The notes: generated from the letters alone by a model not told the origin. 64,000 nt of DNA from Syntrophales bacterium (GCA_026417625.1 JAOACW010000002.1:139237-203236); one strand, 5' to 3'. Positions 26,183-36,699 are shown, numbered from the stretch's first letter. Numbers and translations: made by a program.

Positions 26183-27535
26183 ATGTCCAAGAGTGAACAG
26201 AAGATATTCAGCAGTGTTATGAACGGTGTGGGAAAAATCGGCATACGCGGCAAGACACTGCTCATTCCCGAAATGGATAGGATAGGTAGTCACCTGCTTG
26301 CAGCTGTTTTCAGGTCTTTTGGGATAGAGGCTAAAGTTTTAGAAACATACAGGGGTATAGAATTGGGAAAACAGTTTACTTCCGGCAAGGAGTGTTTTCC
26401 CTGTCAGATAACAATAGGTGATATCCTTTGGTTTGTGAAACAGGAAAGATCTAAAGGAAACTTTGATCCAGAGCGGTATCTGTACTTCATGCCGGAGACT
26501 GACGGTCCCTGTAGATTCGGCATGTACAACAAGTATCAGAGAATGGTGTTGAATTCCTTCCCGGAAACAAAGGATTTGAGAATAGTTGCGCTTACCACCG
26601 GAGATGGATACTCGCTTGAGGGACTTGTGGAAAGGGATGTTGTGAGAAACCTCAGAAAAAGTGCTTATTTTTCCGTTGTTGTCGCCGATATTGTAAATCG
26701 GTTGGTCTGGCGAGTACGACCTTACGAAAGGCGCTCAGGAGAAACGGATGATTTGGTGGACAGATCACTATCACGGCTGGTAGATTTGTTTGAGCGTTAC
26801 AGCTCCCAGGGAGAATGGAGGAAGATCGAGGACGGTCTTGGAATGATATTCGCTGCAGCGCGAGATTTAGTGGATACTGAGATACCAAGAAAACCGAGGA
26901 TAGGTATTATTGGTGAGATTTATGTTCGGAGTCATGAAAAATCTAATCAGGATACTATTAGGGTGATTGAGAAATACGGCGGCGAAGTGGTAAACGCCAG
27001 TTTAGCCGAGTGGATAAACTATACCACTTATTCCAGACTGAGGGATGCGAAAAGAGAGCTCAATATCGCTCTTATGCGTCTTGATTTAGATGTTTTTTTA
27101 CGCACGTTGAAAAAAGTTGTAAATTTCGCTGAAGCGCTATTTTATCAGGAAGTAAAGTTATCGCAGCTTTACAAGCAGTTTCTCCGCTGGGTGGATATCC
27201 ACAGGGATCATAGGATTGGGGAATTAGAAAAGATATTACATAAAACGGATGTATTCAAGTTTGATGTGGGCACTGAGGCCTGTCTGGGTATACCGGGAGC
27301 AATAACCTATGCTAGGGAAGGGTTTAACGGTGTGGTCAACGTATATCCTTTTACTTGTATGCCTGGAACTATTACAGCTGCTATCCTGAAACCAGTTATG
27401 TCACACTTTGGTGTTCCTTTTCTCAACCTGGCTTACGATTCCAGTGTACAACCAAACAGGGATATGGCCATTCGTACTTTTATGTATCAGGCGAACCAGC
27501 ACTTTATTAAAAACGGCGGAAGGAAAGAGCGATGA
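26183..27535 (+). CDS. Activase-associated uncharacterised subunit (DUF2229 / 2-hydroxyacyl-CoA-dehydratase-like fold)
   Basis: 450 aa, 15 nt downstream of the activase. It has ..GKECFPCQITIGD.., ..DGPCRFGMYN.., ..IGIIGEIYV.. and ..YPFTCMPGT... In other genomes this part is usually fused to the activase (from memory). Confidence 0.65.
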   Translation: MSKSEQKIFSSVMNGVGKIGIRGKTLLIPEMDRIGSHLLAAVFRSFGIEAKVLETYRGIELGKQFTSGKECFPCQITIGDILWFVKQERSKGNFDPERYLYFMPETDGPCRFGMYNKYQRMVLNSFPETKDLRIVALTTGDGYSLEGLVERDVVRNLRKSAYFSVVVADIVNRLVWRVRPYERRSGETDDLVDRSLSRLVDLFERYSSQGEWRKIEDGLGMIFAAARDLVDTEIPRKPRIGIIGEIYVRSHEKSNQDTIRVIEKYGGEVVNASLAEWINYTTYSRLRDAKRELNIALMRLDLDVFLRTLKKVVNFAEALFYQEVKLSQLYKQFLRWVDIHRDHRIGELEKILHKTDVFKFDVGTEACLGIPGAITYAREGFNGVVNVYPFTCMPGTITAAILKPVMSHFGVPFLNLAYDSSVQPNRDMAIRTFMYQANQHFIKNGGRKER

Positions 27536-27613
27536 ATTCGGTCGTTGATGTTTGATTGCTTATTTCAAGATGCTTCCCTAGGTTGTGGATTTTAGTTCGA
27601 ATTTTAAATGGCT

Positions 27614-28843
27614 TTATTCCGTGGTATCAACCCCAGCTAGGTCTTCGTGGGTGAAAATTACACCCTTCTCTCTCAGCTTAACAATCCTTTCCTCGGGGTA
27701 TTTCAAGACGTTCTTTAGTATTTCCACGGTGTGTTCTCCCATGAGAGGTGCTGGCGCGTATACTTGACCTGGTGTTTCAGTCATTTTGAAAGGTGAACCA
27801 GCGATCTTTATATTCCCGGGGCCCGGCTGGTTAATGGCAACAATCATACCTCTGAAGTTAATAGCCGCATCGTTCACGACACTGTCTATTGTATTCACCG
27901 GTGAGTAGGGAAGGTTGAACCTTTCAAAGAGTTCAGACCATTCTTCAAATGTCTTTGTGATAAATATATTTCCCAAAATGCTGGTCAGTTCTTCCCGATT
28001 TTCAGTTCTCATTCTGTTTGTTCTGAATCTGGGGTGATCTATGAGATCCTCTCTCCCTAACATGCTGCACAGTTGTGACCAGAGATTATCATTACCTATG
28101 GGTACGATGATCCACTTGTTCTTTGTTTTGAAGGCCTGGAAAGGTGTGATTGTTGGGTGCATTGATCCCATTGGTTTTGGAATTTCTCCGGTTACGGTGT
28201 AGCGAACAATGGCATTCTCCAGGGTATACACCAGACTATCAACCATAGATATGTCTATCTTTTGTCCTTTGCCCGTTCTGTTTCTGTAGAGTAATGCGGC
28301 AAGTATGGCTATAGCGCATTGATGCCCTGCCATAATGTCGCCAATTGAGGTTCCTGCTCGGCAAGGAGGGCCCCCTTCGGGACCCGTTATGCTCATGAGC
28401 CCGCTGTACGCCTGGGCGACTAAATCATAGGCTGGTCTGTTTCGGTAATCTGGAAGAGTATTGTGGCCGAAACCGGAAATGGCGGCGTATATTATGGAGG
28501 GGTTTATTTTTCTCACATCTTCGTACCCAAAACCGAGTTTTTCCATCGTTCCAGGTCTAAAATTTTCCAGTACTACGTCGGAACGTTTTATAAGATCTGA
28601 TAGTATCTCCTTTCCCTCTTCTTTTTTTAAATCGACGACAATACTTTTTTTGTTACGATTGATGCTTATGAAATATGCGCTGTGTTTTCCAATGAACGGA
28701 CCGAATTCCCTGGCATCGTCGCCATTCGGAGGTTCTACATGAATTACCTCCGCACCCAGGTCGCCAAGGATCATTGAGGCGGTAGGACCGGCAAGGACGT
28801 GACTCAAATCGCATATCCGTACGTCTTGTAGTGCTTTCTTCAA
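27614..28843 (-). CDS. Family III CoA-transferase (CaiB/BaiF)
   Basis: ..VRICDLSHVLAGPTASMILGDLGAEVIHVEPP.GDD.R.. N-terminal signature. 409 aa. Confidence 0.88.
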   Translation of the reverse strand: MKKALQDVRICDLSHVLAGPTASMILGDLGAEVIHVEPPNGDDAREFGPFIGKHSAYFISINRNKKSIVVDLKKEEGKEILSDLIKRSDVVLENFRPGTMEKLGFGYEDVRKINPSIIYAAISGFGHNTLPDYRNRPAYDLVAQAYSGLMSITGPEGGPPCRAGTSIGDIMAGHQCAIAILAALLYRNRTGKGQKIDISMVDSLVYTLENAIVRYTVTGEIPKPMGSMHPTITPFQAFKTKNKWIIVPIGNDNLWSQLCSMLGREDLIDHPRFRTNRMRTENREELTSILGNIFITKTFEEWSELFERFNLPYSPVNTIDSVVNDAAINFRGMIVAINQPGPGNIKIAGSPFKMTETPGQVYAPAPLMGEHTVEILKNVLKYPEERIVKLREKGVIFTHEDLAGVDTTE

Positions 28844-29018
28844 GGAAACCTCCCTCTTGAATTTGTTTCCTTAATTTCTCACGAAAGAATTATCGATTTT
28901 TTTTTGGAAAGTCCAGGAGTAATCGGCGTGTGAGACGAAAATTTCATTCTTTACATTGCCTTGAATTTTGATTTTAAATCGTGCAATAAGTTTCCTTATA
29001 TGGAGGTGATTTCAAAAT

Positions 29019-32003
29019 ATGCCGCATGATTGTCCTTCACCGGAATTCAAACCTGGTGATTTTTACGAAGGGTTTCTTGTTAAAAGGGTGGAATTGATCT
29101 CTCATCTTAGGATTACCGCCTATGAGATGGAGTATGTGCCTACGGGAACGGAGATTTTACATTTGCACTGTAACGACAGAGAGAATCTCTTCGCCATTAC
29201 CTTTCTTACCCCGCCTCCGGACTCCTCGGGGTTACCGCATATATTGGAGCATTCTGTTCTCGCCGGTTCGCAAAATTTTCCCGTAAAGGATGCTTTCAAC
29301 GAGCTTTTAAAGGGTAGTCTCCAGACGTTTCTCAACGCATTCACTTACCCTGATAGGACCATTTACCCCGTTGCCAGTACTAACAAAGTGGATTTTTATA
29401 ATCTTGTCCGCGTGTATATGGATCTAGTTCTTAGACCTCGTCTTTTGGAGGAAACGTTTTGGCAGGAAGGCTACCATCTAGAACCTTACGATGAGCCGGG
29501 GAAAGGGCGTAGTTATACAATATCCGGTGTAGTTTATAATGAGATGAAAGGTGCGTATTCATCACCTAATAACTTGATGTACAAGGTTATTCAGGAGGGG
29601 ATATTTCCTGATACTGTCTACCGCTTTGACGCCGGTGGCCATCCGGAGCACATTCCCTCACTTACATATGAGAGTTTTAAGAAATTTCACACCGCTTATT
29701 ATACACCGTCTAATGCTCGAATTTTCCTGTACGGTGACATATCTCCAAAGGCGCATATGGAATTTTTTTCGGGTATGGTACGGAGATTCGAACGGGTACA
29801 GGCAAACATTGCAGTGAATCCGCAGCCACGATGGAATAGCCCCCGTTATTTAAAAGCGTATTTCCCCATTGGGAGGGATGAGGATCCAAAAGAGAAATCA
29901 ATTGTGAACTGTACCTGGTTGCTTTGTGATGTTACAGACGAGGAGACGGTTCTTGCGCTTAAAGTAGTGGCTGGTTGTCTTGTTGGTACATCGGCAGGAC
30001 CTCTTAGAAAAGCTCTAATTGATTCTCGTCTCGGTCACGACCTCTCCCCTGCTACGGGTATGGAATGTGATTATCGACAACCTGTTTTTACAGTGGGACT
30101 AAGGGGTACTGAGGACAACCGGGATAGGGAGATTGAAGCGTTGATTCTGGAGACACTGGATAAGGTGTGGAGGGAAGGACTGGATAGGAAGATTGTTGAG
30201 GGCATACTGCATCAGGTAGAATTTAGAGGACGGGAGATTGTTCGGGCGGAGTATCCTTATGGATTGATTCTGATGAATAGAGTCCTTCAGAGCTGGATAT
30301 ACGGAGGTGATCCTATAAGAAGTTTGAACTTTGCAGGACTGATAACGAGATTGAGAAAGAGATGGGAAGATAACCCCAGAGTTTTTGAAGAGGCTATAAA
30401 GGAGTGGTTGATAGACAATCCCCATAGGTTGCTCTCAGTGATGGTTCCTGACCCTGACTACCTTATGCGAAGAGAGGATAGGGATCGTCGGGTTATCGAG
30501 GAGAAGATCAGTGGTATATCCGAGAAAGAGGAGCAGGAGATTATTAATCGTGCCCAGTATCTCAAAGAATTTCAATCCATGCCTGATCCACCGGAAGCAC
30601 TTAGAACGATACCGCGTTTGCGTCGCCTGGATCTTGATAGATATGGTGAGAACATACCTAAAGAAGTGAAAATTATAGAGGATGTAGCTGTCCTTTGTCA
30701 TGACCAGTTCACGAATGGGATAGCTTACATTGATCTTGTATTTGATGTTGGTTCAGTCGTGGAGGATTGTCATGTTGTACTTCCTTTTCTTTGCCAGTTG
30801 ATGGCGAATATGGGAGCTGCTGGTCTAAGTTACGACGAAATGGCCAAAAGAATTGCCCTTAGAACTGGTGGTATTACTTGTCGGTTGGTCTCGGGTATGG
30901 TTAGAGGTGAAGGTAATCTTTGGCAGAAAATGGTCATAAGAGTGAAAACACTAAATAGAAACATTAAGGAGACTATGGAGATTATTTCCGATGTTCTCTT
31001 CAGAGGGGATTTTTCCGATGTGAAAAGGGCAGGTGACTTGTTGGTCGAGAAGAGGAATAGTCTATACAATGCGGTGGTTCCTTCCGGCCATATATTTGCC
31101 CGACGGGTCGCTGCTGAGTCTCTCTCCCCAGCGGCATACCGAGACGAACAGTGGTATGGTCTTAAGCAGCTTGCTTACCTTACTGAGATTATACGTGGGA
31201 AGAAGATTCTGGAAGAGAATTACCTGGAAAGTCTCGCCCGTTTGAAGGAACACATTATGAACAGAACCGGTTTAACCATTGTCCTAACGGCTGAGGAAAC
31301 AGGACTTAATCAGCTCTTTGGCAATGTGGGATTTTTGATAGAGTCCCTACCTAAGGGTTCATTGATGGAAGAATCTGTTCGTCTGCCTGAGTTACCTGAT
31401 TTCATAGGTGTTGTTGTTCCAGCAGAAGTGGCATACGTAGCGAAGGTATGGGGAGCTCCCGTTTATGGTCATCATTTGTGTGCTCCCCTGATGGTGGCAG
31501 CCCGTTATCTCTCCAACGGTTTTATGTATAAAAAAGTCAGGGTGCAGGGTGGTGCCTATGGTGGACTATGCCAGTATGATCCTCTCCACGGGATCCTAGC
31601 ATTTCTCTCCTATCGTGATCCCCATGTGAAGCGGACGCTTGATGTCTACGACGAAGCTTTGGCTTTTATAAGGAATGTTCTTCCTGAAGATGATGAGGTG
31701 GAAAAAGCGGTTATAGGAACAGTGGGGGCTTTGGATAGACCTTTGGATCCTGCAGGTCGGGCCTGGGTTTCAATGGTTCGTCATTTTTCTGCAATTACGG
31801 ACGAATATCGTCAAGAACTCAGGGAAGAGATCATCCGTGTGGATGGGAAAAGAATACGAGAAGCCGGCGAAGAGTTTTTCTCTTTATCCCTCCATAAAGG
31901 TCGAGTAGCTGTTTTTGCTGGGGAAGAAAAACTACTTCAAACTAAAGAAGGTATTGAAGATATGGTTATTCGGCCCCTAGTCGAAGATATGAAGATCTGT
32001 TGA
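29019..32003 (+). CDS. M16C (PreP-like) zinc metallopeptidase
   Basis: 994 aa with the inverted zinc motif HILEHSVLAGS and a four-domain length typical of presequence-protease-like M16C enzymes. Confidence 0.85.
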   Translation: MPHDCPSPEFKPGDFYEGFLVKRVELISHLRITAYEMEYVPTGTEILHLHCNDRENLFAITFLTPPPDSSGLPHILEHSVLAGSQNFPVKDAFNELLKGSLQTFLNAFTYPDRTIYPVASTNKVDFYNLVRVYMDLVLRPRLLEETFWQEGYHLEPYDEPGKGRSYTISGVVYNEMKGAYSSPNNLMYKVIQEGIFPDTVYRFDAGGHPEHIPSLTYESFKKFHTAYYTPSNARIFLYGDISPKAHMEFFSGMVRRFERVQANIAVNPQPRWNSPRYLKAYFPIGRDEDPKEKSIVNCTWLLCDVTDEETVLALKVVAGCLVGTSAGPLRKALIDSRLGHDLSPATGMECDYRQPVFTVGLRGTEDNRDREIEALILETLDKVWREGLDRKIVEGILHQVEFRGREIVRAEYPYGLILMNRVLQSWIYGGDPIRSLNFAGLITRLRKRWEDNPRVFEEAIKEWLIDNPHRLLSVMVPDPDYLMRREDRDRRVIEEKISGISEKEEQEIINRAQYLKEFQSMPDPPEALRTIPRLRRLDLDRYGENIPKEVKIIEDVAVLCHDQFTNGIAYIDLVFDVGSVVEDCHVVLPFLCQLMANMGAAGLSYDEMAKRIALRTGGITCRLVSGMVRGEGNLWQKMVIRVKTLNRNIKETMEIISDVLFRGDFSDVKRAGDLLVEKRNSLYNAVVPSGHIFARRVAAESLSPAAYRDEQWYGLKQLAYLTEIIRGKKILEENYLESLARLKEHIMNRTGLTIVLTAEETGLNQLFGNVGFLIESLPKGSLMEESVRLPELPDFIGVVVPAEVAYVAKVWGAPVYGHHLCAPLMVAARYLSNGFMYKKVRVQGGAYGGLCQYDPLHGILAFLSYRDPHVKRTLDVYDEALAFIRNVLPEDDEVEKAVIGTVGALDRPLDPAGRAWVSMVRHFSAITDEYRQELREEIIRVDGKRIREAGEEFFSLSLHKGRVAVFAGEEKLLQTKEGIEDMVIRPLVEDMKIC

Positions 32004-32011
32004 GGTGCAAT

Positions 32012-32503
32012 ATGTCTAAACATATGTCGTTTATGTTCGTTGTTCTGTCCGTGATTGTGTTTTTCCTTTCAGGATGCACTAGTGGGAGATACGGTGATAT
32101 CATTCCCGATGAGAAAGTGGATAGGGATTTCAGTGCGTATGTAATGGACGCTGACTATAACTATTACTACAGTGGGCCTGATGTATATCCCAATGTTATT
32201 ATCGGTGTTAAGAAAGGTCTTGTTTTAGCACCTGACCTCTGGAAACCTTTAAGAGGTGATCAGAAACAGTTTCGCGAGGTTATTCAGGATATGCAGTCTA
32301 AGGCCCGCGAGTATGGAGAAAGTGTCTTTGGTTCTGTCATCAGGGATCATCAGGGGAGGACTGTGGGCGTTTGGTATTCCATTCTTCGCGCAATAACGTT
32401 TTGCGAAATTAAGGGGGATAAAACGATTGTCGTTTACCCCCCCAATCTTGTCATTTTCCAGAGTGATGGAGCTGGTTTCGCCCCCACCGACAGGGACAAA
32501 TAA
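32012..32503 (+). CDS. Hypothetical lipoprotein
   Basis: Signal peptide plus lipobox ..FFLSGCTS... The ATG at 32012 is preceded by GAGGTG, and the upstream TTG start overlaps the M16 stop. No motif recognised. Confidence 0.6.
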   Translation: MSKHMSFMFVVLSVIVFFLSGCTSGRYGDIIPDEKVDRDFSAYVMDADYNYYYSGPDVYPNVIIGVKKGLVLAPDLWKPLRGDQKQFREVIQDMQSKAREYGESVFGSVIRDHQGRTVGVWYSILRAITFCEIKGDKTIVVYPPNLVIFQSDGAGFAPTDRDK

Positions 32504-32519
32504 TTTGCCGGCAGTATTA

Positions 32520-35156
32520 CTAAAGTATTTCGTATATTTTGTTTATAGCTTCATTGACTTTTTCTCCGTTAGGTCCTCCAGCCTGGGCCATCTCGGGGCG
32601 TCCTCCCCCGCTTCCTCCAACAATGGGAGCTACTTTTTTAACAATTTCTCCTGCTGAATAGCGATTGGTAAGGTCCTTAGTAACCATACAGAGGATCATT
32701 GCTTTTCCTTCAACAACGCTTCCAAGGAGTATGATGCCGGAACGCATTCGGTCACGCAGTTTATCTCCCAGGTCTCTCAGGGTTTTCACATCGGGGGCGT
32801 TTACCACGCTGGCTAGTACTCGAACACCTTTGACATCCTTTATTTGGTTTACCAGTTCAGCGGAATCTTTGGCCGCTAATTTGCTCTTTAGGATTTCAAT
32901 TTCTTTCTCAAGTTCTCGCTGATGGCATTGAATTTTTTCCACTCGGTCAGCAATCTCCAGAGGATTTGCTTTGATCAAATTGGCCACCTTTTTTAACTCA
33001 CCTTCTACTTTCCGGAAGTATTTGATAGCCTCTTCCCCGGTTAGGGCTTCTATTCGGCGAACACCCGCAGCGATGGATGATTCACTTATTATCTTCAGGG
33101 CTCCTATGTCACCGGTTCGGTTGACATGCGTTCCGCCGCAGAGCTCCATACTGATATCACCCATCTTTACGAGTCGTACTAAGTCCCCGTATTTCTCATC
33201 GAAAACGGCAGCAGCGCCCGTTTTGAATGCTTCTTCTTTGGGAAGTACTTGCGTTACAACTTCCACATTCTGGCGGATGTATTCGTTTGCTAAGAGTTCT
33301 ATTTTTTCCAGCTCTTCCTCATCTATTTTTGAAAAATGCGTAAAATCAAAGCGAAGTCGTTCGGGATTAACTAGAGACCCCGATTGCTTTACATGTTCCC
33401 CTAGTACCTTTCTCAGGGCAGCATTTAGAATGTGGGTACCCGAATGGTTCGCCTCTATGGCTCTCCTACGTTTTTCATCCACCTTGAGTTCTGCTGCATC
33501 TCCCACACGGATGTCGCCCTTTCTCACCTTTCCTATATGGGTGATGAGAGTATCAAGTGGCCACTGAGTGTCCCACACTTCGAAGAGGAAATGTTCACCT
33601 TTTATAATGCCTGTGTCCCCTATTTGGCCACCTTTTTCTCCATAAAACGGAGTTTCGGTAACGAATATTTCTACATTTTCTCCTTCCCTAGCTTCATAGA
33701 CTTCCTGATCGTCTTTTAGGATGGCAATTATCGGGGATGTAGCTTCAGTAACACCGTGATAGCCTACAAACTCTGTGGTGACGCCTTTAAGAGAGAGACG
33801 TTTGTACGATTCTGCCACTGCTTCTGCCCCGCTTCCTTTCCACGACTCTCGGGCTTTTTCCCTCTGGGCTTCCATACACCGCTCGAAACCTTCCATATCG
33901 AGTGTGAGATTGTCCTTTCGGACTATATCGTCTGTTAAGTCTACTGGGAACCCATAAGTGTCGTACAGCTTGAATATAAGTTCACCGGGGATTACAGTTT
34001 TGCCTTCTTTCTTGAGGACAGAAACTTCCTCAGCGAGCAATCTCATCCCGGTGCCGAGTGTTTCCAAGAAACGTTGCTCCTCATTCACTACAACCTTTCC
34101 TATATATTTTTCTTTACCGATGAGGTCGGGGTAAGCGTCTTTCATTATTTCTATAACAGTGGGTACAATCTCGTGCAAAAACGGTCGATCCATGCTGAGG
34201 AGTTTACCGTGCCTTGCCGCCCGGCGGAGTATTCTTCTTAGCACATATCCTCTTCCCTCGTTGCTGGGTAGGCATCCATCGTTTATAAGAAATGTTATAG
34301 CTCTTATGTGGTCAGCAATTACCCTTATGGAAACGTCGTTATCGGGTTCTTTTCCGTATGGTTTGCCTGTTATTTCTGAAATAGTTCTAATAATGGGTGT
34401 GAATAGATCTGTCTCGTAGTTACTGGTTACTCCCTGAACAACAGCGGCAAGCCGCTCCAAACCCATACCTGTATCGATGTTTGGTTTGGGGAGAGGATGG
34501 AAGTTACCTTCTCTGTCGCGATCAAACTGGGTAAACACGTGATTCCACAGTTCTAAGTAACGATCGCAGTCGCATTCTACTGAACAGTCTGGACGCCCAC
34601 AACCTACACCTGGTCCTTGGTCATAAATTATTTCAGAACATGGACCACATGGGCCAGTATCACCCATCATCCAGAAATTGCTGTCCATTCCCATACGTAC
34701 TATTCGTGTCGCTGGTACACCGATTTCCTTTTCCCATATCTCGAATGCCTCGTCGTCATCTTTGTATATGGTTACCCATAGCCTATCAGGTGGAAGTCCC
34801 ATGACTTCGGTTAAGAACTCCCATCCCCAGGTTATTGATTCTCTTTTGAAATAATCTCCAAATGAGAAATTTCCTAGCATCTCAAAGAAGGTGTGATGAC
34901 GGGCAGTGTAACCCACATTTTCCAGATCGTTATGTTTTCCTCCTGCACGAACGCATTTCTGTGAGCTGGCAGCTCTCGTATATCCCCTATCTTCCAAACC
35001 AAGAAACAGATTTTTAAATTGAACCATACCCGCATTTGTGAAGAGAAGCGAAGGATCATCTCTCGGTATTAGTGATGAGCTTTCAACGATTGTATGTCCT
35101 CTTTCTTTGAAGAACTGGAGAAACTTCTCGCGGATTTCCGCCGATGTCATTGCCAT
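32520..35156 (-). CDS. alaS: Alanyl-tRNA synthetase
   Basis: 878 aa with ..FFKERGH.., the editing-domain ..HSGTH.. motif and a C-terminal DHHA1 ..GGGGRPEMAQAGG... Confidence 0.97.
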   Translation of the reverse strand: MAMTSAEIREKFLQFFKERGHTIVESSSLIPRDDPSLLFTNAGMVQFKNLFLGLEDRGYTRAASSQKCVRAGGKHNDLENVGYTARHHTFFEMLGNFSFGDYFKRESITWGWEFLTEVMGLPPDRLWVTIYKDDDEAFEIWEKEIGVPATRIVRMGMDSNFWMMGDTGPCGPCSEIIYDQGPGVGCGRPDCSVECDCDRYLELWNHVFTQFDRDREGNFHPLPKPNIDTGMGLERLAAVVQGVTSNYETDLFTPIIRTISEITGKPYGKEPDNDVSIRVIADHIRAITFLINDGCLPSNEGRGYVLRRILRRAARHGKLLSMDRPFLHEIVPTVIEIMKDAYPDLIGKEKYIGKVVVNEEQRFLETLGTGMRLLAEEVSVLKKEGKTVIPGELIFKLYDTYGFPVDLTDDIVRKDNLTLDMEGFERCMEAQREKARESWKGSGAEAVAESYKRLSLKGVTTEFVGYHGVTEATSPIIAILKDDQEVYEAREGENVEIFVTETPFYGEKGGQIGDTGIIKGEHFLFEVWDTQWPLDTLITHIGKVRKGDIRVGDAAELKVDEKRRRAIEANHSGTHILNAALRKVLGEHVKQSGSLVNPERLRFDFTHFSKIDEEELEKIELLANEYIRQNVEVVTQVLPKEEAFKTGAAAVFDEKYGDLVRLVKMGDISMELCGGTHVNRTGDIGALKIISESSIAAGVRRIEALTGEEAIKYFRKVEGELKKVANLIKANPLEIADRVEKIQCHQRELEKEIEILKSKLAAKDSAELVNQIKDVKGVRVLASVVNAPDVKTLRDLGDKLRDRMRSGIILLGSVVEGKAMILCMVTKDLTNRYSAGEIVKKVAPIVGGSGGGRPEMAQAGGPNGEKVNEAINKIYEIL

Positions 35157-35629
35157 GATGTTTTCTCCTCCTTTAAATGTTTTAATGACTCGCAGATTAA
35201 GGATGAGGAAAACCCCCTGGCTCTCAACATGCGTGCAAAGCGGGCTTCTTCTTTTCTGTCCAGAGAGCTACTTCTCTTTTTCCGTTTTATAATCAACTTT
35301 ATAGCTTCCTCTTCAGGTAACTCTGATCGTAACTCTTTGAGGGCATCGTTTATCTGCTCCTCGGATACGCCTTTGGCGAGAAGATCGGCTTTAATGCGCA
35401 GATCTCCTAAGAGATGTTCCTGAGCAAGGTAACGAACTCTCTGTTTTGTAAATCTCTCGTTGTTGAGAAATCCCAATGATTTGAATTCGGAGATGATTTC
35501 TCCGATCAGATCTTCTTCCAGGTTCATCTTCCTGAGTTTATCTCCTACCTCTTTTTCTGTCCTATCTCTGAAAGACAAAAACCTCATTATTGCTCTTTTT
35601 GCTTTTTCTTTAAAGGCTGATTCATCCAT
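35147..35629 (-). CDS. recX: Regulatory protein RecX
   Basis: 160 aa helical-repeat protein directly after recA, with start/stop overlap. Confidence 0.85.
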   Translation of the reverse strand: MDESAFKEKAKRAIMRFLSFRDRTEKEVGDKLRKMNLEEDLIGEIISEFKSLGFLNNERFTKQRVRYLAQEHLLGDLRIKADLLAKGVSEEQINDALKELRSELPEEEAIKLIIKRKKRSSSLDRKEEARFARMLRARGFSSSLICESLKHLKEEKTSWQ

Positions 35630-36636
35630 TAGTTTTCCGTAACTTCCCTTAGGCCGAAACGATCCCTTAATATGCTTTCCAGTTCAGCGAGCAATTCGGG
35701 ATTTTCTTTCAGAAACGATCGGGCGTTATCCCTACCCTGGCCAAGGCGGGTACCTTTGTACGCATACCAGGCTCCACTTTTCTCGATGATTCCCTGTTCG
35801 GTGGCTAGATCTAGAATGTCTCCTTCTTTAGAGATGCCTTCACCGAAGATGATGTCGAATTCCGTTTCCCTAAAGGGAGGTGCAACTTTATTCTTAACAA
35901 CCTTGACCTTACTGCGCATGCCGATCACATCCTGTCCCTGTTTGATAGTGGTGGTTTTCCTTATATCCAGTCTCATAGAGGCGTAGAATTTAAGGGCATT
36001 ACCACCTGTTGTAGTTTCCGGACTGCCGAATAAAACGCCGATTTTCATTCGTAGCTGGTTAATGAATATCACTGTTGTTCTTGATTTGCTTATACTACCG
36101 GTTAATTTCCTCAAAGCTTGGGACATAAGACGTGCCTGTAAGCCCATTTGGGCATCTCCCATTTCTCCTTCCAGTTCTGCCTTTGGAACAAGGGCTGCAA
36201 CTGAATCAATTACAATAACATCAAATGCTCCGCTCCGAACCAGTGTCTCCGCAATTTCCAATGCCTGCTCCCCCGTATCAGGCTGAGAAATGAGGAGCTC
36301 GTCAGTGATAACGCCAATTCTCCTTGCATAACCTACATCCAGAGCGTGTTCAGCATCGATGAACGCGGCTTGACCGTTTCTTTTTTGGGCTTCGGCAACG
36401 ATATGTAAAGCTAGGGTCGTTTTTCCGCCTGCTTCAGGACCGAATATCTCCACCACCCTTCCTCGGGGTACACCACCGACCCCGAGAGCAATGTCCAGAC
36501 TGAGGCAGCCCGTGGGTATTACGGGTACATCTATCTTTTCCGCACTGCCCAAACGCATAATCGCGCCTTTACCGAACTGCCGTTCTATTTGGGCAATGGC
36601 TAGATCCACCGCTTTGGTTTTATCTATGTCAGCCAT
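35629..36636 (-). CDS. recA: Recombinase RecA
   Basis: ..GPEAGGKTT.. Walker A and ..[11 protein letters not shown]... Confidence 0.98.
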   Translation of the reverse strand: MADIDKTKAVDLAIAQIERQFGKGAIMRLGSAEKIDVPVIPTGCLSLDIALGVGGVPRGRVVEIFGPEAGGKTTLALHIVAEAQKRNGQAAFIDAEHALDVGYARRIGVITDELLISQPDTGEQALEIAETLVRSGAFDVIVIDSVAALVPKAELEGEMGDAQMGLQARLMSQALRKLTGSISKSRTTVIFINQLRMKIGVLFGSPETTTGGNALKFYASMRLDIRKTTTIKQGQDVIGMRSKVKVVKNKVAPPFRETEFDIIFGEGISKEGDILDLATEQGIIEKSGAWYAYKGTRLGQGRDNARSFLKENPELLAELESILRDRFGLREVTEN

Positions 36637-36699
36637 TATTCACCTCCATGGTGCTTTCTCATTTTTATCCCGAGTAATTCAAAAATATCAATTGTTTTT

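Noticed and set aside
36637-36699. LexA/SOS box upstream of recA
   Set aside because: I found no CTGT-N8-ACAG, GAAC-N4-GTTC or other inverted repeat. Only a plausible TTGATA-17-ATAAAA promoter is present, so no regulatory claim is made.
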